Source: Octopus vulgaris
Taxonomy: Eukaryota
Direction of reading: 5' to 3'
DNA length: 64,000 bases
NCBI GenBank assembly: GCA_951406725.2
Contig: OX597815.1
Span: forward strand, 205,840,001-205,904,000
Below, one piece after another: positions 1 through 11,698 of this stretch. The notes under the pieces are model-generated. The model was not told the origin of the DNA. It did no database searches and worked only from the letters and a program-made list of their open reading frames with translations. Within the stretch, counting starts at the first letter, position 1; each line of letters opens with the position of its first letter. The translations under genes were made by a program, and so were the position numbers.

Positions 1-8
1 GGTATTAA

Positions 9-1224
9 TATTAGATTGGAAATTCCTATTTTAGACATGATCATTCTGAGGGTACTTTTTCAGAACTTACAGCAAAATGTGCATTAACATTTTCCATTCT
101 CCCCCTGTTGCAGATTGGTTTATACCATAGCAGTCAAATTTGTATTGATTTCATCTTCTGAAAAATGATTTTGGATCAGACTCACATCAGACACTACATG
201 CTGATATGAGTCAAAAGGGGCTCTTCAGCAAGTGGTAAGAAATATTCATTCTGTCTATGGAAATGAGGCTTTAAGTGGCTGAACATGTCAATGATGGCTT
301 GCCAGTTTCACTCAGGAAATTTCTCTCTCACAGAAACTTTTGTCAATACTGAGCTTCTGAAAACCATACTTGAGGAAAATTCTAATCAAACTGCATAAGA
401 GTTAGCAAAACAGTTGAGTTCAAGTTATACTTTGATCATAAAACATCATGTAGTAGGAAAATGTCTAAATATGGTCAGTGGGTCTCTCATCATCTGACCG
501 ATTCTCAGCCTAAGAGTTACTTTCTGCTCATCATTTAAGAGTAGACTTGCTACTGAACCTTTCCTGGGCAGAATCTTCACGAGTGATGAAAAGTGAGTTC
601 TTTATAATCATATCCAATGAAACAGGAAACAGTTAACACTCAATAGAAAAGTAGTTTCCTTCCTAAAAGCATGACTATGCCTAAAAAAAAGTTATGCCTT
701 GTGTTTGGTGAGATATGAAGGGTTATCGTTTATCATGAAATGTTAAACCAAAATGAAATAGTTAATGGAGACAAGTATTGTCATAAATTTGAAGCATTGC
801 TCAAAAGTTTGCAGAAAAAGCTCCCATTTTTAGTCAATCGTAAGGGTGTTGCACTTTCACAATAATGCAAGACTACATATTACCCAAGTCACTCAAGAAA
901 AGATTATAGCACTAAATATGGAAGTTTTGCTTCATCTTCCTTACTCTCCTGACCTTGCTCCACTTGAGTGTTATCTTTTCAGCTCATTGCAAAATTATTT
1001 TGCAGGAAAACAACTTATTATGAAGAAGTTAAAAATTATATTGAGTGTTTCCTTGCTTTGAAAGCAGAAGATTCTTGTGCTCAAGGCATCAACAATCATC
1101 TGAATAAATGGACTTGTCAATAATGTGGGGGGAAATATCTTGATCAAATATATTATCATTTAAGACCAAAGAAATGTTTGTTTCTTTCCCATCTTGAAAA
1201 ATGACAGAACTTTCCAACTTGATA
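9..1224 (+). mobile_element. Degenerate full-length mariner (Tc1/mariner) DNA transposon with transposase pseudogene
   Basis: Mariner motifs occur in order across broken frames: WVSHHLT (~478, WVPHEL-like), IFTSDEK* (~575), LCVW*DMKG (~700), HNNARLH and HLPYSPDLAP (ORF 846-1061). Degenerate TIRs tattagattggaaattcctatttt (9-32) and aaaatgacagaactttccaacttgata (1198-1224). Length ~1.2 kb. Confidence 0.9.
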
Positions 1225-1706
1225 GTGTTAGTACCTAGGATGGACACACACACACATGCACACAGTGTGTGCACATTATCTTAAATATTTTATCAATTCT
1301 TCCTTTGTTGAAAATGTCTAAAGTTAAAAGTCACAAATTTTATTTTAGTCATATTAGATTAAAACATGGGAAAACTATTTCTGGTACAGGTGGCCCTACA
1401 ATGACCAAGTGCCATTTATCTCGATCACAAATACTATGAGTTTGTTTTTTGTAATAGGAAGTCAAATCACATTGCTTTAATCTTCCCTTTTTCTCAATGG
1501 TAAAAGTTGTACAGGTCATCGTACAATCATCTCCGAGTCCCAAAGTTCTTAGCTGTCATTGAAATAATTAACTTAAAACCTTTCTTAGTCTCCATCAAAT
1601 GTAAGTACTTTCCTGTAAAACTACATTTTTTCCTTTTTTTTTTTATTACTCAGCATATGTCATTCATTTGAGTGTTTTTGTCCAAATTTGTACAACTCTT
1701 TGTACA

Positions 1707-2085
1707 GCGCAGGAATGGCTGTGTGGTAAGTAGCTTGCTAACCAACCACATGGTTCCGGGTTCAGTCCCACTGCGTGGGACCTTGGCCAAGTGTCTTCTA
1801 CTATAGCCTCGGGCCGACCAATGCCTTGTGAGTGGATTTGGTAGACGGAAACTGTATGTATGTGTATATGTATATGTGTTTGTTTGTGTGTCTGTGTTTG
1901 TCCCCCTAGCATTGCTTGACAACCGATGCTGGTGTGTTTATGTCCCCGTCACTTAGCGGTTCGGCAAAAGAAACCGATAGAATAAGTACTGGGCTTACAA
2001 AAAGAATAAGTCCCGTGGTCGAGTTGCTCGATTAAAGGCGGTGCTCCAGCATGGCCGCAGTCAAATGACTGAAACAAGTAAAAGA
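1707..2085 (+). mobile_element. tRNA-derived SINE, family A (CORE-like central motif, internal TA/TG microsatellite, TAAAAGAG tail)
   Basis: A-box-like TGGCTGTGTGG, B-box-like GGGTTCAGTCCC and CCTTGGCCAAGTG (CORE-like); near-identical copies occur throughout the window. Confidence 0.9.
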
Positions 2086-2691
2086 GCATATCAGTTGATA
2101 ACTTTCAAGTTCAGTCGCATAACTGATAAAATTAGATAATACATCAAATGGGCAACAATCAACTAATATTTCCAGGTGTTATGTTCTGTACTGCGAACCA
2201 GCATGCTTATATTTGACAGTATCATAACCTCTTATATATCACATAAACTGCTGTTTCATGTTTAATTGACATCAATGAACAATTTTTCTTTTTTTTTTTT
2301 TATCTTAAGAAAAGATGTACTACTAATATTTTAATCCTCAAATACTGATTGTCTTTTGAAACAGCTGCTGGTAAATCTCAAATTACAAAACTGAAATAAA
2401 TTGTTTTCTTTATTAAAAATGCTATTTCTTAAACCTCAAATAATCTGCTTCTGAATTGTCTTAGTTTTAATATTGCTAACCCAGAAATAATTACATATTT
2501 ATTATCCTTTCTCTTTGATAATTACACTGATAATTTATACTACTTTCGTAAACACAAAATTCTAGCAATTGTTTAAATTTTCTGGTAACCTACAGATCAA
2601 TACGACAGATGACTTACTAAAAAAGCATTTCAATCAGATTTTCCCTAATTTCTTATCTTTACTACAGTGTAATTTTTTAGTTCATCATTAT

Positions 2692-3222
2692 CACCTTGAT
2701 CACCTTGACTGACCAGTCCTTCGGGCGTCCATTTGACACCGCTGGTCACAGCACGCTGTCCACTCCTCTCTGGATCACAGCTTTCTCATCCACGTGATCC
2801 TAATCATCCTCCTGAAATTGTAACTCCACCACGGAGAGTAAGGGCTGGATGAAAGGCGTTTAATGGCATAAAGGATGTGCTCAAGGGAAGGTTGCACAAG
2901 ACCACCCGTGCCAACCTCATCAACAGCACAGTTCTACCTGCAATGTTATATGGCAGTGAAACATGGGCTACAACAAAGAGAGAAGAGCAGAGACTGGTAA
3001 CGGCTCAAAGAGCCATGGAAAAGCCAATGCTTGGAATCTCGTTGAGAGACCACATCAGTAGCGAGATCATCAGAAAGAAGTCCGGCGTGAGGGATGTCAT
3101 CGCAGAGTATACACGCAGCAAGTATAGATGGGCTGGACACATCGCCCGGCTCACCGATAATCGGTGGACCCGCGCAGTTACCGAGTGGTACCCGCGCGAG
3201 CGGAAACGATCACCCGGAAGGA
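2692..3222 (-). mobile_element. 5'-truncated, 5'-inverted RTE-clade LINE insertion with 13-bp TSD
   Basis: 2692-2834 on the minus strand encodes the RTE ORF2 end (WSYNFRRMIRITWMRK..SREEW) plus a (CAAGGTGAT)n tail. 2832-3222 on the plus strand encodes the preceding part (RRVRAG*KAF..LPAMLYGSETW..RWAGHIAR..RKRSPGR). AGTTCATCATTAT flanks both ends (2679-2691, 3223-3235). Confidence 0.88.
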
Positions 3223-3625
3223 AGTTCATCATTATATTCTAACTAAACCTTGAAAATATAAAGGCTGTTTTCAAATTATAATTTTGATTTTTCTCAAATA
3301 TTAGTAACAAAGCTATAGGTCAGAACCAACTTCTGGCCACTGTATGTAATTCAAGTTGAGACTATAATTTTGAAGTGTATACAAGTTAATATCCAATTAA
3401 CCTGAAGAGATTTGTCAAGTTAAAATATTAACATATGAAAGTTAATTTAAGGAAACTATCAGCTGTTCAAGCTAATCTAATTAACATTCAACAATAGGAT
3501 TAGTTTAATCCAGATTAATGTTTGCACTACAACACAATATTTTTCAATGAGTCACTAAACATTCTGTTAATGCAACTCACAGAAATTTGCAGCTTTTACA
3601 CAAGAATAAATAACTTTTATACCTA

Positions 3626-3999
3626 CTAGCAGTATTGCCTGGCATTGCTCGGGTTTGTTTCAACCGTTTAGAATTGGAATTTTTGAAAAGTAAAAATTTT
3701 GCATTATGTAACTTGTTATTCTCTTTAAGTGAACATTTTTCTGGTTGAAATACACCGAAAAATGGCGACACAGCAGTCAAAAAATTGTAAAAGAATAGGT
3801 ATTTTCATAGAAAAAAAAGCACCTTTTAGTGTTAACATGGTCTGATTTGAATTTTATCTTCTACAGAATGAAGAGCAAGCCTTCTTCTATCATACTCTCA
3901 ATTTTGGTAGACTTGTGCCGCAGGGTCTTGGAGATAGTGTTAGTTGAAGGCTACCAAACCTGCCATACACAGACAACTTCAGCTTTATATATATAGAGA
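3626..3999 (-). mobile_element. Non-autonomous Helitron
   Basis: Minus strand starts a|TCTCTATATATATAAAG and ends with hairpin CCCGAGCAATGCCAGG...CTAG|t: TC...CTAG termini in an AT target, no TSD. Confidence 0.8.
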
Positions 4000-5027
4000 T
4001 AATTAAACAACAGAAAAGGAAATTTTAAAGGAGCTTCTGAAGAACAAACTTTTCAAATTAATTTATTTTTAAAAATTAATATGAGTTAAAAAAAAAGATC
4101 TAATATAACTAATAATTGTGTATTAATTTCCATTAGAATAAACTAGGAGGTTTATTTCTAATGCTTGCAACAGCAGAAATAACCATAGTAGGGTTAAATG
4201 CAGTGACTAGGAAAAATAGGGGTTTAACTAATGTCTTTTGGCCAAGCAAATAAGAGATACAACTCTAAACATTTCTGTATTTGTCAGCAAAAATACATCC
4301 TTTACTTGATGGTACTGTGGCAACTAATTATATGAAATGTTCATGAAAATATCGGTACTAGTGGGAAATAAAATTGATAATTTAATTACAATGAAGTGCT
4401 GACTGTATATTTAAGTAATAGAAAGTTATAAAAAAATGATTCAGAGTACCAACAGTCTTTCCAAAGATCAAGCAACTGATAAAACATACATAAAGAAACT
4501 ATAACAGGGAATTATCGTTTCACATTTTTTACATGCTGGCATGGGTTCGATGGTTTGACATCAACTAATGAACCAGAGGGCTACACCAGGCTCTAATGTC
4601 TGCTTTGGCATGGTTTCTACAGCATGGTACCCTTCTTAATGCTAACCACTCCATAGTGTACCAGGCACAATTTCCATGGCACCAACACTGGTTATGTAGT
4701 TAATTACCTGCAAGACAAGATACCTTAATTGAGTGGGCCTTGTCTGGCAGGTACTTTTCTAGAAAACTCCTTACACTTAAGAAAATAAAAGTCGTATCCC
4801 ATTAAACAAATACCTGGCAAACAGTCAAGTAAGATATAAACTACAACTGAGCTGATTCTACAATCTAATTATTCTGTCCACACAATATTGCTAATGCTCA
4901 TGGGAAAGACAAGCATCACAGCAATTCTTTACACTGGCCATTCAAATAGTTCTTGTGCTGCAGAAATCAATATTTTTTTAATACACAAGCATTAATTTGA
5001 AAAAAAAAAATTAAATGTATATATATA

Positions 5028-5277
5028 TCATCATCATCGTTTAACATCCGTTTTCCATGCTAGTATGGGTTGGATGGTTCAACTGGGGTCTGGGAAGCCA
5101 GAAGGCTGCACCAGGCCCAGTCTGATCTGGCAATGTTTCTACGGCTGGATGCCTTTCCTAACGCCAACCACTCCTTGAATGTAGTGGGTGCTTTTTACGT
5201 GCTACCGGCACAGGTGCCAGGCGAGGCTGGCAACGGCCATGATTGGCTGGTGCTTTTTACGTGCCACAGGCACGGAA
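5028..5277 (-). mobile_element. RTE-LINE 3' UTR fragment (GAT tail)
   Basis: Matches the 3' UTR of the RTE element at 39579-40188 (GGAAGGGCATCCAGCCGTAGAAAC, CCATGCTAGCATGG, (GAT)n). Confidence 0.85.
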
Positions 5278-5317
5278 TATGTATATATATATATATATAT
5301 ATATATTTTTTTAAAAA

Positions 5318-5520
5318 TTTCTTTATTACCCACAAGGGGCTAAACACAGAGGGGACAAACAAGGACAGATATCGACCCCAGTGCGTAACTGGTACTTAAT
5401 TTATCGACCCTAAAAGGATGAAAGGCAAAGTCGACCTCGGCGGAATTTGAACTCATAACGTAACGGCAGACGGAATACAGCTACACATTTCGCCCAGCGT
5501 GCTAACGTTTCTGCCAGCTC
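5318..5520 (-). mobile_element. tRNA-derived SINE, family B (Meta-domain-like)
   Basis: Reverse complement of GAGCTGGCAGAAACGTTAGCACG...GAGTTCAAATTCCGCCGAGGTCGACTTTGCCTTTCATCCTTT..GGGTCGATAAATTAAGTACCAG; the last part resembles the MetaSINE central domain. Confidence 0.85.
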
Positions 5521-5555
<35 letters not shown>

Positions 5556-5977
5556 ACCATCGCAGATGGTTTGGATATTAAAAATAAAGATTGCTTAGCA
5601 TATTCCAAGATATGAGTGAGATGGAGATGATACAGAAAATAAAAAAAATGACAGTAGATGCATTATTGTATTTTCTTTGGTACTTCATTGTTGTAAGCTT
5701 AAATGTCCCCTCGAGGTCAACTTTGCTTTTTCAACTCATGTAATAATACACTTGAGAGTAATCTTTGTTGACTGAACTTCTGTGCAACTAACCTATGAAA
5801 TATATTCTTTGTACAAGTTTCCATAATCTTAAAAGCAGAAAAGATTGTTAGCTACTTTATTATGGATACTGAATAGCAAAGTTTAAAGAGAGCTGTAAAT
5901 TCTTTAGCACAACTGAAATTTATTTTCATCTCTTAAAACCAGCATTCTTTTAGAGTTGTCTATAAAGAGACATTAAC

Positions 5978-6019
<42 letters not shown>

Positions 6020-6802
6020 TCAAGTATTTCCAAAAGAAAGGGAAATTTGGATTAAGCAAGTAATGCTCCATTCAGCATCAGGAAGAAGATGTATCATCAT
6101 CATCAACAACATCATCTAACATCTGCTTTCCATGCTGGAATGGGTTGGATAGTTCTGACAGGAGCTGGTGAGCTAGGACTGTGTCAATTTCTACAGTCAG
6201 TTGGCATGGTTTCTATGGCTGGATGTCTTTCCTAATGCCAACCACTTTACAGTGTACTAGGTGCTTTTTACATAGCACTAGCAAGGTCACTAAATAACTT
6301 GCAAGATAAGACCCCCACCCAATTGACGAGGGAGTAGTATCGAAGGAGGTAGCTTTGTGGTAGGTGATGAGGGATTAGAAGACATGTCTTGTAGTACTGA
6401 AGATATATGGCTATCCCAGTTGGAGAAGGAGAGAGAGATGTGTTAGTGCACACCCTCAAGTTACAGAGAGAAGATATAAGTGGTACAGAGGGTTGAATAG
6501 GATGAGATTATATATCATTTCATATCCACTTTACATGCTGGTATACATTAGATTGGTTTGTCACAGTGTTACAGCTATGGCAAGTGGTGCTCAAACATAT
6601 CACTTTCATTTGATTTTTTTTCTTCTTAGAGCTCAATGCCCTTTCTATTGCAAACCATTTTACTGGGGTACTGGGTGTAATTTCTCATGGCACCAGTACA
6701 CGAGACTTTCATGATTTCTAGATGAGACAGGGCTAAAAAAAACCAAAAAAAACCTCACAACCCTAAGTTTTCTCCACTTTTTATACATGAATGATGATGA
6801 TC

Positions 6803-6987
6803 ATCATCGTTTAACATCCGCTTTCCATGTTGGCATGGGTTGGACGGTTCAACTTGGGTCTGGGAAGCCTGAAGGCTGCACCAGGCCAGTCAGATCTGGC
6901 AGTGTTTCTACAGCTGGATGCCCTTCCTAACGCCAACCACTCCTTGAGTGTAGTGGGTGCTTTTTATGTGCCACCGACACAGGTGGC
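6803..6987 (-). mobile_element. RTE-LINE 3' UTR fragment
   Basis: Same family as 5028-5277. Confidence 0.85.
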
Positions 6988-7328
6988 ATTAAAATTGTGC
7001 ATAAAAGTAAAAGTTAAAACCCCAAATAGCTCATAAGGAATGGTGCCCAACTCCGATTTCATAGTATCAAACAGCCAAAAGAACACCAACTTATCCCTTT
7101 GGGATTCAGATTACTCTGTCAAATGTATTGCTTGCTTATTCCCATTGTTTTGAAATAATCATGCATTATCTCATAACTGAAATTTCAATGTGATTATTCA
7201 TTAGTATGACATTGTAGGGTCAGTATAAGAGGCTAGATCCAGTCAGTTTGAACATAAAATCGGAGTTGGGCACCATTCCTTATGAGCTATTTGGGGTTTT
7301 AACTTTTACTTTTATGCACAATTTTAAT
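6988..7328. repeat. Perfect 72-bp inverted repeat (6988-7059 / 7257-7328) with 197-bp spacer
   Basis: attaaaattgtgcataaaag...cccaactccgattt is exactly reverse-complemented at 7257-7328. Confidence 0.95.
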
Positions 7329-8247
7329 ATATATCATATTTCGGTCAGACATGGCAAGTTTAAAAGTTAAAGGTTTATGTAATACTACATAACATGTTGG
7401 TACCTATTCCTGAAAAGTAAGCCAACTGAGATGTGTAGCATTTTCTTAGAATACCTGCAGTGAATTTGAACTAGAGAATAGATTGATCATTTCCCTCACA
7501 TGGCCATCTTATCACTGCTGCAATGACGATAACAAACTAATTTCTTTTGCTTCAGAGAATTGAAATGATTAACAGAAACGTAGGATATACTAATGAATGT
7601 TATATTCAAAACATTAATTGGAATAGTTGAGAACAGATAAACGTGTTTTTAAAAACTAGTTAGACTTAACAATTAGCTAAACTGATCTGGAGAACAAATC
7701 TGCTAAATTCAATTCAGTAAGAAATAGAAGGAATCACTAAGAAAAATAAAAGATTTTCTTCAATAACTGTCACAAAACAAAATTCTAAGTAATTTGTAAT
7801 TTCAGTCAAACACAAAATTTCAGTATTAGAATGTATACAAATGGAGTCAGGCTTTTAATACCAATACAAAACTTATTAAGAAGACCTGCTTTAATTAGAT
7901 TCTTTAACAGTCATTGTATAAAGTCTATGGATGTTACCAACGCTTGTTGACTGTTGACCAAAGACAGAATTTAATGTGATGAATAAAATTAAATTAATAA
8001 CAAAGTTTGTAAACTATTCAGGAAGAATCGATATTTTGCTAGATTTCCCACACAGACGCAACAACTGCTACACACACAACCATAAGCATAGACCAACACA
8101 AATATACACACAACACCACAGAAACCCCGCATATAATGCAATACATGCACACAATACACTCAGCAGCACTCAACGCCACACACAACGACACAACAACACC
8201 CTTGACACAACACCAACACCCTTGACACAACACCAACACTTTTGACA

Positions 8248-8563
8248 TCAGGCCCAGTCAAATCTGGCAGTGTTTCTACGGCTGGATGCCCTTCCTAACG
8301 CCAACCACTCCGTGAGTGTAGTGGGTGCTTTTTACGTGCCACTATTTCTTTATTACCCACATGGGGCTAAACACAAAGGGGATAAACAAGGACAGACATA
8401 GGTATTAAGTCGATTACATCGACCCCAGTGTGTAACTGGTACTTAATTTATCGACCCCGAAAGGATGAAAGGCAAAGTCGACCTCGGCAGAATTTGAACT
8501 CACAACGTAACGGCAGACGAAATACCGCTAAGCATTTCGCCCGGCGTGCTAACGTTTCTGCCA
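8248..8563 (-). mobile_element. RTE 3' UTR fragment (8248-8343) fused to a family B SINE (8343-8563), within CA-rich low-complexity sequence
   Basis: Sequence identity to both families elsewhere in the window. Confidence 0.8.
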
Positions 8564-10189
8564 ACACATACCACACAACAACACACTCAATACAACAAAA
8601 CATAAGCACAACGTGCAAATTGCCACCACAGATAAATTACAACATATACATGATACACACACAAATCATAATACACAAATCTGAAATACACAGAACATCC
8701 ACATCCCACACACTCAAAACAATTGCAACATACTCTAGATTCTAGCTAAAAACTACTGAAAATGTTTGTAGCAATGCATTATCTGATTAATCTTTGCTAT
8801 TCCATTGAATACCTAGTCTGAAATTTGTCATTATTCTAGTGGCTTAAACAGCTTAAAATTCTATTCCTGATTCTGATATACAACAAATAGCTCATGTGAA
8901 ACTTCACATGATATTCAACTACTTGAAGTAGCAAAGGTGAATAATTTCTTTATCAAGATAAATAATATACATCAACACATTCTCTCCACATCTCATTTTC
9001 TAATAGCTTATTATCTAATAGCTAGATTTTGAAATATAAAAAGAAAAAAAAAAAACTTGGCAGATTAAACAAGCGCGAAGAATATGTCCATGAGAAAATA
9101 ATATTAAACATAATCTGACAAGGGAAGGAGAGGGTTAAAAACTGTTCCTCTTGACTACCCCCCCCCCGGAGACACCAAAGGTCTGTATTTAACATAAATG
9201 AAGATTTATTCAGTGCAAACTGAAACCTAATAAAAAACATTTAGATAGTGTGGTGTCTCTTAGGAATATTAAATCAATAAAGTTGAAAGTGTTCAAGACA
9301 TTAAAAGCAAAAAAAAAAAATGAATAAAAAAAAAAGAAAAGCAAGAACAAAAAGTATGAGCATAAAAGCAAAACTATAAAAAAATTAAAAAGATAAAATG
9401 CCATTGAGAGAGAGAGAGAGAGAGAGATGGAGGGAGGGAGGGAGAGAGAGAGAGAGTGTATGAGAGAATAAGAGAAAAATGGTTGAGGTTGAAATGGACA
9501 TGGGCGGCAGCGGTGGGGTGGGGTTTACAATTGTTAAAGAGAAGAGGCTGCATTGGGGACAGAGAGAAAGTTGATGGGAGAAACATTGCTGAGGGTGATA
9601 AAAGGAATCTAACACCATCAGGACTGGCCAGGTTGGTGTATCTGAAGTGACTAGGACATTCATAGACTTGCCAAATGGCGATAGGTGGATGTGAATTCAG
9701 TAGTAAATTTTGTTTTGTATGCAAAAAAGAAAAAAGAAACAAAAATCAAGCCAACATTCCCAGAAAAATTTTTTTTTTTTTTTTGCCACATTTTACTTTG
9801 ATTATAAATGCCTTCTGCTTACAAGACCAAAGATATTTATGGACACATTCCACTCATATCTACTATTGTTGTTCAAAGCTGTTATATTCTGTAGACTTCT
9901 ACATTCTCAAGGCTACTCAACTACATTGATGCTATTGGTTAACACACAGAAATTGAGGACCTATCAAAGCTAATGAGAGACAAAGATTCCTGCCATAGCA
10001 GGTGGAATGCATCCTGGTTGTGGCTACTCAAAGATATATTTGCCATTCCAAAAATTGAGGTCCTGCATTGATACAGTTCTTGAGATGCCATATTAACCAA
10101 ACAGACCTAAAAAAAAAAAAAAATCCTCCTCTCCAACCATAGCTAACTGTAAAATCCTTTGAGCCAACAAAGAAGCTTCTATAAAAGAC

Positions 10190-10593
10190 ACAGGAGTGGC
10201 TGTGTGGTAAGTAGCTTGCTAACCAACCACATGGTTCCGGGTTCAGTCCCACTGCGTGGCACCTTGGGCAAGTGTCTTCTACTATAGCCTCGGGCTGACC
10301 AATGCCTTGTGAGTGGATTTAGTAGACGGAAACTGAAAGAAGCCTGTCGTATATATGTATATATATATATATGTGTGTGTGTGATTGTGTGTCTGTGTTT
10401 GTCCCCTAGCATTGCTTGACAACCGATGCTGGTGTGTTTACGTCCCCGTCACTTAGCGGTTCGGCAAAAGAGACCGATAGAATAAGTACTGGGCTTACAA
10501 GAGAATAAGTCCCAGGGTCGATTTGCTCGACTAAAGGCGGTGCTCCAGCATGGCCGCAGTCAAATGACTGAAACAAGTAAAAGAGTAAAGAGT
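10190..10593 (+). mobile_element. SINE family A, full length
   Basis: Head, internal microsatellite and TAAAAGAG tail all present. Confidence 0.9.
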
Positions 10594-10670
10594 TTGGATA
10601 ATATGGTTTTGAAAAAAACCCAGAAAAGGTAGGATGATCAAAGTTGGTACTTTTGATTATTGGTCTATGT

Positions 10671-10899
10671 CAGTGTTTCTCAACCATTTTGATACCTATG
10701 GACCCCTTTGATTCCTGTTTTACTCGAATGGACCCTCCTAGCCATCTGATGTTTAAAAAAACCCCATTATATTTTTATAATTAAATATTAGGAATTGTAT
10801 TTAAAAAATTGTTAAAGTATTTTCTATATAGTAGAAATAAAATTTTATTGCAGATAAATTTTAATAAAATCTTATATGGACTGTAGTTGAGAACCACTG
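10671..10899. mobile_element. hAT-type MITE
   Basis: TIRs CAGTGTTTCTCAAC / GTTGAGAACCACTG; imperfect 8-bp flanks gtctatgt / gtgcatgt. A related copy lies at ~15165-15380. Confidence 0.75.
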
Positions 10900-11471
10900 G
10901 TGCATGTGATTAAGCTGACCTTGACTTAATAGTAAGAATCACACTCACATACAAATCCCTTCAACATGTGAACTACTGAAAGCTCAGTTTTAGCATTTCA
11001 TGATTATATATAATAAAACTGATTATTTGGAAATTTCAAAGTGCTGCAGAAATTCTTTGAAGACAGCCTCATGAAAAAATCCTATATTAATCAGTATATG
11101 ATCAAACATTTATTAGCCAAATTTAGAGTTGTGGGAGAAAATTTATTGTACATTTAGTCAAATTGGAATTTAAATATAAAATATCTATATATATATGATA
11201 TTGGAGATGGTACACTATCTCAAAGTATTGACACAGTTTAGCAAATAATGACTGTTTAAAAATAATGGTATAAAAGGTTCTCACGTGGATTCTTTCTACA
11301 GGAGGAAGGCAAAAATAGCAAAACTGATTATATCCTAAATTCATATTGGATGGTGCTAGAGGTGCTAGAAGTGTTCTACATCGATTGTAGTTTGCTGAAG
11401 ATGATTGCTTTGGAGGTACAAGAGAGATATTAAAATGATACTGAAAATATTCAATATGTTTAGATAAAGAG

Positions 11472-11698
11472 TTAACCCTTTCATTACCAACCCAGCTGAA
11501 ACCGGATCTGGCTCTGTAGTACAAATGTCTTGTTTTCATAAGTTTTGAATTAAAATCTTCCACCAAACCTTAGTCACAATTTATGTTCCTAACACTAGCT
11601 GAATGATAAAGTTATTTTACTAAATTCTTTGTTATATTTAAAATTAATTGAATGAAACACAGAGCATCTCAAAATAAATACAGTAATGAAAGGGTTAA
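11472..11698 (+). mobile_element. piggyBac-type MITE (TTAA-CCC...GGG-TTAA)
   Basis: ttaacccttt...aaagggttaa; near-identical copies at 15381-15609, 15896-16114, 23228-23460 (-) and 43734-43950 (-). Confidence 0.85.

Noticed and set aside
1349-1612. Minus-strand coding exon
   Set aside because: The frame required after the phase-2 donors stops shortly after the best acceptor; no donor and no recognisable domain.
1707-1790. tRNA genes
   Set aside because: All A/B-box-containing segments are SINE heads followed by SINE bodies; no complete cloverleaf seen.
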